The notes under the pieces: generated by a model
What the model saw: only the letters and a program-made list of their open reading frames with translations
Database searches by the model: none
Told to the model about the DNA's origin: nothing
In this document: one piece after another, positions 42,001 through 55,200 of the stretch
How positions within the stretch are numbered: the first letter of the stretch is position 1
Layout: each line of letters begins with the position of its first letter
Translations under genes and position numbers: made by a program
NCBI RefSeq assembly: GCF_000150275.1
Contig: NW_002060946.1
Span: 925,562-989,561 of the forward strand
DNA: 64,000 bases
Direction: 5' to 3'
DNA from: Trichoplax adhaerens
Lineage: Eukaryota; Animalia; Placozoa

Positions 42001-45000
42001 CAGATAGTAACAATGAAAAAGAATGATGTTATTAGGTGCAAGCAAAGTTAACAATCAATTTTGATTAGATTGATTGGATTGGATGTGATTGAAAATGATC
42101 AAGATAGAAATAAACAATTACGCATAAAATGTTATGACCCTGATAAGAATTTGATTAAAATAGCGTGACAGGTTGATTTTTAATCTTTAATCGATATTGC
42201 TAACCAAGTGGTAGGATTAGATCAGTCTTGTAGGGTTAGCATGAAAAACCTGGACAAGTTTATAAGCCAGATGGTAAAATGTTTATGATCTTTGAGATGA
42301 GAAAGCATTGACAAGACAGTTTCTCCATTCTAATGGCAATCTTACAACTCCCACTCTTTTCAGCTAATGTTGAATGGGTGCTAATTATGCATTACATTTG
42401 AACAATTTTTAATAATGGTAAGCTGGTTTCTATCATCAACGAGTTAATCTGGTGTGATTGATAGCTCTATTACCAATATAGTCTTTATTAATTGTTGTTG
42501 AATTAACTGAAATAATGAAACCAATATTATTGACACATGGATGGTTAGCCACGTTGAGAACTTTTTTCTTTTGGGCTTTAAATCATCAGTATCAATTTTT
42601 TCTAATATGCAAATCACTTTTCTACGCTTAAGGTAACATATTTTATCTATCGTTGATAGCTTCTAGTATTGAAGTGGATAGATATTGCCTTATTGAAGGT
42701 AGTTGAGTGATTCTATATGAGGCAAAGACATTCAAATTTTATCTAACTTTGTTACGAGACGTGGGAATTATTACTATTTACTCCATATGAACGATTTGCT
42801 GTATTGATAATATAGCAACTTCGTACTTAATCTTCAGATTATTAGCGGCTTGTGCGTTATCATTGTTGGCTAAAATACTTTAGTATTACTCTTTGGCTTT
42901 AAAATAATAGATAATCTAAGCCAATTGGGTAACATATGGTCCATTTATCTATTAATGCAAGCCTTGATCGTTGTCCAAAATATTAACCATAACCGACTAT
43001 AAAGGTTACTCAATTACTGATATTATTTTGTTGTAAATAGAAGTATTCTTGACGTAAAAAAGGTTAATATAGTCATACATTAATAGAAATCAAGAAAGAA
43101 AACATTTGTCTCGGTAGCTAATATTTTTCTGATTTATTGATGCAAACTGATGATGTCTTTGATTGATTTCTACATTTTAATGTGATGTATTATATTGATC
43201 AATAAAATGCATTCAACATGGTCATGTTAATGTCTTAGTCTTTATTGTTATCACAGTAAAGTCTAGTGCTCATTATTTCACAATCAATATCATTATTCTA
43301 ACGTATACATTTTATATTAACATGTTGTGCTGTATGTGAATAAGAATAGGCTAAGAAATACAGTCCAACTTTATCTTCATGCTTACAGCCGTTTGATTGA
43401 TTTTCTGATGTAAATAGTAAAACTAGAGTTATTGATTACAGCCTTGAGCGAACTTAAAGTATCCAAACTAAACATTTTTTCAATTAGCTATTTTTAAAAT
43501 AAGCTACCTATTAAGACTAAGATTGATCATGAACATTATTGTATGTTTGCGATACAGAAAGGGCGATTTGCGTGAAAATTAATCAAAAAATTGACTCTGG
43601 AAAATTACATTATGATATTAAATTTTTCAACCAATTGTATTCGCTATTACAACTTGTTTATAACACGATCATGTCATGTAATAATATTTCATCAATGAAA
43701 TAAAAATAGATCCAACAGTAGACTATTTGCTATATGACATGACAACAAAATAGGAAGTTATCAATAACCAGAGAAAAACAAATACCTTGATGCATACAGA
43801 TTCAATTTTATCGAATATCATCAATATATCCATTTCAGCGACACAATCCTCTACAGTCGTGAAAAAGGATTTGAATGAGCAGATGAAGAGAGAAATTCAG
43901 TTTAAGTAGCTGCAATATTTTTTACTCAGCTACTCCATTACATTAAGAAAAAGATTGTTATTCATGCTAAAATAGGGTACAGAATGGAGATTATTGTTTT
44001 GTTCATTCTGGAGCCGTATCTTTGGACTTTTTACAAATCAACTTGAATAATTGTATGCACTCCTTTTTTATTAAGTCAGCTAGATTAGTTGTTTTCCTAT
44101 TATAGTTATAACTTTTCGATGACTTTTGTCATTAAATAAAATTATGCACCTGTTCTAATTACCATCTATTGAAAGGTTACTTCAAGTGATATTGTCATGT
44201 TACAGAAAAGTGAATGGAAAAACGCATGGAAAAATAATTATAAAATAGTCCTCATTTAAAATGAGAATCTAATATGAAATGATGGAAAGATCACTCTCTA
44301 ATTCTTTCTTTCTTGACCTTTCATCCATAGCAAAAGAAGTTTTTAAATATTATCAGCATACTTGATATTTCAATCGGAACGATTAGTGTACGATCAGCTT
44401 GATTTTTGATTAGTCTATTGTTGAATTTGTATCAAAATAGGATCAAATATTTATAACCACCAGGATTGATGATACTGTCGATTTAAGCTAATTAACAATA
44501 GCCTGAGTGAGGAATCGATGTCTGTTGCGACTATTATAATAATAATTGAAATCAGTTTTTAATAGCTTTAGTGTCTTAAAGTGATTGATTGCCATTTGCC
44601 CATTGATATTTCAATCAAATGATAGATTTAGAACTTACGTTTGTTTTCATGTCTCGCCTAGCTTTTGTTCGATCCTACATGTCGTTATTATTGCAATCCA
44701 TGGTATATAAAAGGTTATCCTTTCAATGATTATTAATTAGTGTATGTTTTATCCTGACAGTTGAATATCATCTTAACTGAAAGCCTTTCAGCCGCAATTG
44801 CCATTTAGTCTTGCATACTTTTGATATCGATTCAGTCTTGATTTAACCTTGAAATTACTTTCCGTTTTACCCAGTCGTAACTTTTTTAAGTTAGATTGTT
44901 TTCCATTAAGAAATAGTAGAAAGCTCCAATTGAACAAGCTACGAGATTAGTGCATATTTGCATTAACTAGAGTGCGATCCAAGTTACAATCTTATCATTG

Positions 45001-45350
45001 ACGTGAAGAAGATTTAATTTGAAAGGAGAAAGTGGGAAAAGGTTGCTCAAATCTTTTTAACGCTTGCTGTTTTTGGCTGAAGAAGAAGAGGTTAGTAAAA
45101 GCTATCCAAATTTAAGTGGATGTTATTCACTTCGGACATTGATCGCCAATCTTTGCACAATTTATCAATCTATTTCTATCACCATTAATTATGTTGATTC
45201 AATAGTTTAATTGAAGAAAGAAAATTTTTGTATCCTATTTGTAGTCAAAAGGCCATTTTTACAACTAATATTACTAATAATAACTTGAGGCATGTAGAAT
45301 CCATCCGAATTTTCAATCACGGTCACCATTACTTATTCCATTTAGGACAT

Positions 45351-48300
45351 ATGAATACCACTACGGCCCATAAAACATCTAACAGTTCTAATTCATTTGA
45401 ATGTAATGGTACTCATTCCATCGATGGTATATTAGGGATATCTGGAGAGAAATCTGGTAAGAGTAAGATAGATATTCTCTCTACCAATTTACTAAGTGAA
45501 TGTTACCAATGTTATATCTCATCTTAAGATGCCATTCATTATTTGATGCTAATCTTAAGGGAAATACTGACCGCATAGATACGGTTCAATTAATTTTAGT
45601 ATTTTAAGTCCAAATAGTACCATAGTCTTGATCTCATTTCGAAGACGTATAGCAACTTATGTCAATCTGTTTGAGCTTACAGCGTCTAGTTATTGAAACC
45701 CCACATTGACAAACGAATTAAGTTTTACCTAAATTTTATCATTCATCCATGAACTCATATGGCTCAAATGATGGATAAGATTATTTTGCTTTCTTACTAT
45801 CCTATTTGTGATCATTTTTAGTACGGCATTCTAAGTACTTAATTTTTTTCAGTAGTTTCAGCTTTCAATTTGTATCATGTTCACGTAGAGGGAAGGTGTC
45901 AGTATCTCAAAGCTAGACCTTTAAAGAATTATTTATTTTCTCTATCGTTATTCCGTTATAACATTTCTGAGTGTCGGGATTAATAAGCGATTATTAAGCT
46001 GGCGCGATCGACTGCTGGCAACGCTTGAAATTGAGTTTAAACCTACTAATTCTTGTCCATAGAACGTTTACCAATATTATTATCATTTACATTAATGATG
46101 AGAATATATTTAAATTACTATTTAGAATAGGATGATTCTTATATTGTATAACAATTAGAACGGCCCTGTAGAGAAAAAAATGTGTAGAGTTCGTCTACCT
46201 AATGCTATCTTTGTAAATTACAATTATAAAATCTATCAAGATCTACCTATCTATCCTATTTTGAGTAGCATAAAGGTCACTAGCTTATACAGCAAGTATT
46301 GTGCGAGAATTTTTCAATTATTTTCGATTGGTTATTCCAAACATTACCCGTATACTTTTTAAAAATATCACAGCTATTGATTATAAAAATCTATCCTGTG
46401 CATAGCAAGCGATCCTATAGGTATCATTCAAATTCACCTGTAGTTACTATCTTTTGAATTGAAGAGTTAATTAAAAAGTTTATTCTATTACACTGATTAT
46501 AGCGTGAAAACGCTATTAGGCTTGAGCGAAATATAATAAACGATCATTAGTAGGACTCCAAGACTAGCCAATCTCTTAGGATACAACTGTATGGTATTTA
46601 TTAGACTTGGTATTGTTTCAAGATGTAGTCGATTTTAGAAGAAGCCGCAAGAAGTAATTCTTGCATTTAGAATAGATGATTCGCATTTAATATTAAGCTA
46701 TTATTTAGAAGTGAGGTGATGGAATAATCTGATTTATTGATTCGAAGTGAAGTTGCTTCTAGATGATGATGATTGCAACTCCTTATCGACTGTCTTAATA
46801 TAGATTAAACTAGTTATAAATCATTCTAGGCTCAACTTTTTGCAATTAAAAAGTATAAAATTAATTGAATTGATTATCCGTAGTTATTGTAGTCTTTGCT
46901 ATTTCGGCTATGACAAGTGTAAAGGTGCAACCAAGTGTTGGAAATTAATGGATTGATTAAAATTATCTAAGACTAATTTCTACATCTTCCCTATCATTAG
47001 ATAAGGCAGACGATAATCTATGAAATCAATTAACGTAATAAAAACATAAATTATCCTCTCATCGATACACTGATTAATTATTAGAACAGTGTAACAATCA
47101 TTGAGTGTATTCAATTCTAGTGATAATAGCTCCATAACAAAATCATTGTGCCTTCAAGGTGAATAATAGCAGTCAATAGAATTTTATCTAATGTTCTTGC
47201 TTAACTTACAAGCATAACTGCAAATTTTCAAATGAAAAAAGTCTATTCTGTTACAAAATTTTAAAAATATTTTTCTTTCATTTTAGAAGGGATTTAGTGA
47301 CTCCATCGATTACAGCATCATAATTATTTAATGGCTACTAGAGTACTATGACAATGTAATAATCCTGCCTAAATTTGACCTGTAGAAACCTCGCATCTAT
47401 ATATTCTGATTTCTACGACTGCACAGGATATAGCAATTACGTATTTCGTTTTCAACTCATTTCTCATAAATTAAGATGAATTGGATAACTTCACATTCAA
47501 TAAAGCAGGAAACTTTAATATTTATTATAATAACATGAATTCATTAAAAGTTAATCATATGAGGATGGAAGATGTTGGTAGATTAGAAATAAATTAAATG
47601 TTTTGAAATAATAGGTATTATTAACGAGGTAGGCTGGGTATTTTGAATGAGAAAGAAGGATTAATATTGACAATTGCTAAAAATGAAGGATAAAGTAATA
47701 AATAATTGGATGGATGAGTCAATCTAGAGGCTAATTTTAATGTAATTTAACCATCTTAATAATTTTTATTTCTTTCATTGCATAATCTGGTCATAATTGC
47801 ACAAATGTAGCGAGCGATTTGAAATATAATAAACGAAGTAGCCGATACAGTGACCATTCTGATGACATCGATATGAATCAAAAGAAAAGAAAATTTAATC
47901 AACAGGATCAAGATGATGTTCGTATGCCACCACCATCACTTCCTCAACAATCATCTCATCAGCCGACATCCAATGAGAAACCTAGTAAGGTTTTAGTTAG
48001 TGGTAAGAAAAGGAAAAGATATCGAACAACTTTTACCAGTCAACAGTTGGAAGAACTAGAAAGAGCATTTGAACTGGCGCCTTATCCCGATGTATTTACT
48101 CGCGAAGATTTAGCAACTAAAATTTCCTTAACTGAAGCACGCGTCCAGGTAAGAATTTGTAATCACGGGTTACAGTCATTTTTTTATTGTTATGATCTTA
48201 AATTTTGGCCTTGATATAGCTAAAAAACACAATTAATTTATCATTATTTTATTTATGATATGGATAGCACTCGGAGAAAAAATTAAATATCCATTTTTTA

Positions 48301-51300
48301 ATTTTCTGTCGATAAATCGATGCTAGAAGTATTTGGCAACTGTAATTTAAAAGTCAATTTTTTAGCCGAGCACGATAATGACTTAAAAATTAATATGCCT
48401 TAATAGAAATATGCTGGATTATTGAATAATCATTTTAGGATTAATAATTATTGGCTTTAATATAAAATGTTGGTTTATTGAATTCATTATTTTTTAGTTA
48501 TCCGATTTAAACTTGATTCCTTACAGTTTTTCAAGCCAATAGCATTCAAAATACTTCTTAATTCACTATTTTGATGCACTTATGCTAATTACCGAGGTTT
48601 ACCTGTATGAAGATCTGCCAAATACTAATAATATGTAGCTGTTATTCGAACATGTCACAGATCTTAAGACAATCACTGCCATAAAGTAAAAATATTTCCC
48701 GGAAAACTAGTCAATTTGCTATTGGGATGATTGTATTGCAGAATACTAAAAGCGAAAATATCTCTATGATTTCGGGAAAGATGTTAGCATGATGCTTTTG
48801 CATAATAATTTAAAGGTCATTAAACGTCTATTATTGCGCCAAGTTGAACATATTCGCCATTATTTCGCTTCATTGTGACTGCAACGGAAGTCGCGATATA
48901 TTTTATATTGTCATAAACGTATCTAAAGCGTTCTGTACTGGCAATTAATAGTATCGAAAGAAGATATTGAATCATAACTATTCCTTTTAAATTGACGCAT
49001 ATAGGTTGATTTGAGAATTGGCCAGCAATCAGTATTAGTATTCATCGTTGTGTCCTATGCTCCATATGACTATTAAGGTCTAGAACAGATACTTTTCTAT
49101 TACCTTAATTTTTTAATGTCCGGTATGGTGTTAATATTTCAGATAAAAGCTATACTAGTATCGACACTTTTTATATATTAATTTGGTTAATATATTTTCT
49201 TGAGACAATTTGCTACATTATTTTCATATTAACGGTTGGATCGAGGTTAAGATATTAACTGCTTGTAGCCTGAATATTTTTATCATTTGGCGGGTATTTT
49301 TTATTATTATATTTCCGTAATTAAAAGTAGATTCTCTATATAGGTGTTATTAGAACTAAATTAGATAGATATATTGCAAACGAAGTAAAGAAATTGATGC
49401 AATTTAACACTATACTAAACCTTGGTGGTGAAAGCGATAAACTAAGTTATTCTAAATACATTGCATAATTGATTTATGATAGGTTTGGTTCCAAAATAGG
49501 CGTGCCAAATGGAGAAAAAAAGAAAAATTTGTCAATAACAGCAATCGAAATGGATCAATTGTCCACTCCAATGTTTATGCTCCATTTTATCAAAGTAGCC
49601 ATGTTACTAGCTCTTATCATCCTAATATCATGTATTCCAACTTTACAACAGGTGAGATGCTCTTCCTCAGATTTTTAAACATTGATATGATTTATAGTAG
49701 AGTGGATGAGTATGTAATAACAAATGTAATATGAATAGTGGGATATCTTGTCACCTTATGAACTGTCTGACTCGTAAAAAATATATCAAAGGGACCTCAT
49801 TAAGTCTAGTCTTACGAATTCTTGTTATAGAAGTATATCTAATATGGCTTTTATTGACTTCAATTTTATTATGCAATCAATAATTCTTTGTCTATACTTA
49901 ACATTTTCTGATATTAAATAGCCCGTATTGTAATTAATCCAAAGCATAATCTTAAATAGACTTCCGTTATTGTTTTGTTTTCTCCCTTCATAATCTGAAT
50001 ATTGTATTTCCAATAATTTATTACCAATCGCTTTTTAAAATTAATAATTCATATTTTACTGTACCTAAAAGATATTTGTGATGGTTAAGATTGGCTACGT
50101 TAGATTTTAGAAAATTAACAAAACAGTCGTTATAGCCTAGAAAATAACTCAAGCATAACATTAGGCTATTAAGGTTAACTATCGAAACTAAGTTAACTTC
50201 CTTACGAGTAAATAAATTGAATGATAGTTTTCTGTTGCTAGCAGGCAAAGTTGGACAATATTATCATGGTAAAACTATAATAACATCAGGATTAAACGAT
50301 TCTGAATACACAATAATAGAATTGGATCAAAAGCCTATAGAGTAGCTTGCTTAGATGTACTCATACTTAGCTCCTTCAAATATGAATTGCACAAGAAAAC
50401 AATGCTGTTATTTCTGATTTTATTGCCAAGTAATTAGTACGTTCATAAATATCGGTAAATAGATTTCGGAAGTTGTCTAAATTCCACGTAGAAGAATAAT
50501 ACCTTATATTAAAGTAAAGCAATAATTGATATTTTTATTAGTCTATTCGCCATATATTCGTAGACATAATGGTGGCATTTTGTTGACATATTAAATATAA
50601 ATGATTATATCAGTGATTTACCACTAATTATTATTTAAAGTTAATGAATTATGGATGCGGGCTGTGATTAATAAGACCCAAAAAACATGCATTATCTCAT
50701 TTTTTTTAATTCATTGCAACACTTTTTACTGTTTCAGACTACAAAAGTCGTGGTACTAATAATTAATCTATTAGTGATGCATAAATAGTATGTACCATAT
50801 CGGTATATGCATAATTCTTAGACATGTGTATATAGCTATCCGGTAGTTACCAGTATGATTAATGATTTCTATTTTCGATGGTGACTGGTTTCCGCAGAAT
50901 ATTTACAAAGATTGGACCTAAAATCTGACTAATAAATAATTAGCAAAGTATGATTAATCGGCTGAAAAATACGTAGTACCGGAAGGTGTAGTTTTTCTTG
51001 CAGTCAACTAGGTAATTGTCCAGTAGTGATTCATTTACTTTAAGAATGCTTTATCATATTGGTAGATATCCAAAAGCTGCGAAAATTTACTTTCACTCAA
51101 ACAGAATTGGATTGACTGACATGTGTTTACACTATGACCGAAATTTTAGTGATTTGAATATTTTTTCTTTAGATTAAAATTATTACTTTAATATTCAGTT
51201 AATTAGAGAAAAGCGATATATATAGTCACTAGAGGATTACTATTTAACAACAGTAATTAAACGCATTACCACTGGTATACTAGATACGATTATGATATTG

Positions 51301-52251
51301 AAGTATGGTGATGACTTCTGGTCATATCAATTATGTATACTATACTGAACCTAATAATTCCTCTTATTTATATCTATAATTACTTACTTGCCAGATGCAA
51401 TAACAAGTATTCTATATACTTTGACAATAGCTTGAGATTAATGACTTTCAAATAGCTATAACAATTGACTAGAAATTTAATATAATAGCAACTTTTCTTT
51501 AATAAAAGTATCGAAAGTAATAATTCAAAATAAGCAACAATTAAGTAAACATTGAGAGATAAGCTAGATAAAAGTTCCCAACAACCTGGCATCATAAGTA
51601 TCTTAATGTTATGCCATTTATGACAAGCTAAAACCTGCTGTTGGTAGAATCATATTAAATATTAATACAAATACGACAAATAGAAGTAAGAGATTATTCA
51701 AATTAATTAATTAATTTTTATCTTTATCCGTAGTCTTATCCATGATTTATTATTAATCAATATATATAGTTATAAATCGTAACATGTACTTTCTTATATA
51801 TGAATAAATTAAAGATCTTTAAAATATTTCTTATTGCGAATTCCAGTTGTTGAATGAGATGATAGCACTCCCTTAAACCCTTTTAACGCTGACTGATTGA
51901 TAGAGTGCACAGTTACTTGGAGTAAGCGTTTTTTTTACATGCAGCTCGATGTTGATAGAATACTTTTCCTAAAATGAATTACATCAATACCAATTACTTA
52001 GGAGGATTGATTACTTCTTCTGATATAATTTATGTTGCTAATTTATTAACTAGAACTTTCTTTTAAAATATTTTAACTTAGGCGTTCACTTAGATCCAAC
52101 TGTACCAGCAACTTCATTTTTACATCCTACTCAACGATCTGCTGTTTATCGGCCATTACCATCGGTAGCTGTGCGTGGAGGTACTCAACCTTTCATCGCT
52201 GGTCAACCATCAACTGACCACTTAATTAATCGTGCTGGTCTTGGCAAGTAG
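45351..52251 (+). CDS. Arx: Paired-like Q50 homeobox transcription factor, Arx/aristaless-like, 4 exons
   Basis: Exon 45351-45456 holds the octapeptide/eh1 HSIDGILG. Exon 47811-48148 encodes [47 protein letters not shown]. Exon 49483-49651 begins [14 protein letters not shown], and exon 52082-52251 is Pro-rich and ends in TAG. The intron between homeodomain residues 46 and 47 is typical of the PRD class. [14 protein letters not shown] and Q50 point to Arx. The last exon is less certain. Confidence 0.85.
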
Positions 52252-55200
52252 AGTTTCAATAGTACATTCGAGTATTAAAGGCCTTTGTATGAATCATTGC
52301 GAACTATACCTGATCCTAATCCGTTAAGATCTTACTCTTATGGATTGCACATTATCATTCTATCGGTATTTATTTCGTTAATTTAAGGCATTTGCGATTG
52401 AGAAAATAACACTCTTGCGGATATCTACTTATAAATCAATCGATTTAATCAAAAGATACCGCAATTGCTAGTAAATTAGTAAAATGGTCTAAAAAAATGG
52501 ATTTATGAAGTTATTGATTAATACATAAGTATTATAAAGTATTGCCATTTTGGTAACAAAAGTGATTAACTTGGCTTAATTAATTTTTTGTTATCATATC
52601 ACTATCTATAGCTCTATCATCGTATTAAAGCACTCTTTAATCAACATTATTATTATCATTTTAACATCATATTATATAAGACTATTTTCCGTATTAATAA
52701 AGTAATTAGAATAGAAGTAAGGGTGCTGTCATGGTCAGTAACTAAATGATTCAAGCTTTATTCTGAAGTTTTACCTAGATTGTGTTAAAGTTATGTTTTG
52801 ATTAGTACTCTGAAAGTGCTACCATAGATATCAAATTTCCTAATGTATTAAAAGTGAACAGTAAGTCATGGTCTGGTATAGCTTATGTTTTGAACTTCTA
52901 CCTAAGTTAACAATAGAGGTTTAAAAAATATTTATTCAGTATAAATATGGAAAAATACCCGTAGATATTAATCAGCCAATTCGTTCTCTTAGTCCTTCTT
53001 CTCACTCTCATTGATGCATTTATCGCAAATAATGGACGTTCACCCGCTAATTATTTATTATAATGGAGCTATATTCTCCTGATTAAGTCTAGAAAAGAGA
53101 TTACATCTTATCGTAGTATAGCATAAATTCTTATTTGTTCAAACTAAATTTGTATTAGTATTATCCTCTGGTGAATCTATGTTTTATTGGTAAAATATTG
53201 CTATAGAACTGGAAGTAATCAATAAGGTAGAAGATACTGAGATATTGCAATTAAATTTATGTATTGGTCATCGTAATATCCGCTTAATCTGTAGCGGTTT
53301 TGATGATGTACAATAGTGCGATATCTCAGTGTAGCACTTTATTTTAGGTGTAGACTTACTGAACCTCTATGAAAAATTCTCTGCATGACTACAAATTTAT
53401 CTCTCTGTTAAAACAAGTGATGACGTGATCAACTTAAAGAAAATGTATTAGTTTACTTATGCGATAGATTTTACAAGTAGTAAAAATTGCTGGCATAAGA
53501 TATGTTATTGAATATAATCGTGATCTTACAACTGTCTAATTATAATTATAATTATGATATTTACGTGTATACTGATATGTTGGTTTATAAAACTACTGAA
53601 AGGTAGTAATAATCAAAAATTCCGTTATTGCAATTATTTATATTATACGTATAACTATATTTCAAAAAAGGGTTGCTGTAGCCTGATAGAGCTTGAGGAT
53701 AACTTTTGAAGTATCTACAAGAATTATTTCATATCTTATGACTCCTTATAATCTTAGAGTCTTGCCATTGATTTATTTTAATCTGCTATATTGCGGCATT
53801 TCCGTATCATCACAACTGGTATGAAATAGATTTTGTGATTTATGATCGTTATTTGGTATCCTTATATAGCTACCCATACGTAAATATAGAATTGTTTTTA
53901 TATGCATTCTATGTCATCTTAAAGATATGTGTATATCTATATCTATATAAATATATACTCCTGTATGGATTGGTATACTATCTATAAATGCCAAAAACTG
54001 ATAAACCAGTACCGCTTATCATTTGTGATTACGATACGGAAAAGCAATGCTAATTCGGTAGTTTTATTCCTTGGTATGTTTACTAGAAGCTATTTATTCG
54101 GGTGATTTATGGTGAATATGGAATGATAAATTTTTTAAAATCTTCTAATGTATTTCTTCGCAAGATGATCGTCCAAATAAATGATTATTTAAACTTAGAG
54201 ACCTGAGTACTAAGTGAATTTAACACAATGTAAATCAGCATGGTAATTTAACGAGTTTAGGTTTGTAAATTTTAACATCTGCTAAGCAGTTCGTGCATGT
54301 GGTACAGAGCTGATACTTACTACCATTGTAAGTCTATCATGAAGTTAATAAATTCGTTTGAATCGACTTATTTGTACTTGTTACATTACATTGTAATTTC
54401 AATTATTAATTATGGCTAAAAGGAATGCAATGGAATATTAGAAGGAGGGGCAACATATGCAATTATACATTTGTTTGAAGGGAAATTTGATACCAAGTAA
54501 CAGCAGCCAGTTATAGATGCAGTACCCATTGATTTATATTTCAAGAAGCGCACAAGTTTTTAGTGATATTGCTGATATTACAAAGATTTTACGACTTTTG
54601 TTAAAGATGCAATAACAACAATATTGGCAAAATTTACAATATAGGAAATTGAATATATACATCAGAGTAGCACGGAAGATGACGAGTTATCATAGTACCG
54701 CATGCTTGTAAACCCCCTGATTGCAATTGACTGTAGCTATATTCTAATCATGCTGATGATATTTCGGCGGAGAGATTTATCAGAACTAGCTAATTGTAAT
54801 AGTTAAAAAAATTTTTTAATTTTCTTTTTGAGTCTGCAACTGGAAATTGAATATCAGATAAATTGTTTTAATTCTCCAGACTTAATTGACAGTATTCTTA
54901 TTCGTTAAGGGGTGAAAGATTGACTATACTAGGAAGTATTTTCCCTCCTATAATCTTTATGATACTACCTTGTCATCATAAAAGCTGCCGTATAAAATTT
55001 ACTTATATGTAAGCAGCATATCTATTTATTTATTTATTAAATGTCTTCCAGAGTTTGAGAGGGTATACTGCGTTTAATATTTAATTTATAGAATGAGAAA
55101 CTAATGATTAAACAAAAGAGATTTACTTCTCAAAAATGCTGCTATATTAACCTATAATGTTAAAAGATGCTTAGGTACGATACAATACTGATTGGCTATC

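Noticed and set aside
36400-47800. TAAT/ATTA clusters as homeodomain autoregulatory sites
   Set aside because: Cannot be told from background in DNA this AT-rich without statistics.
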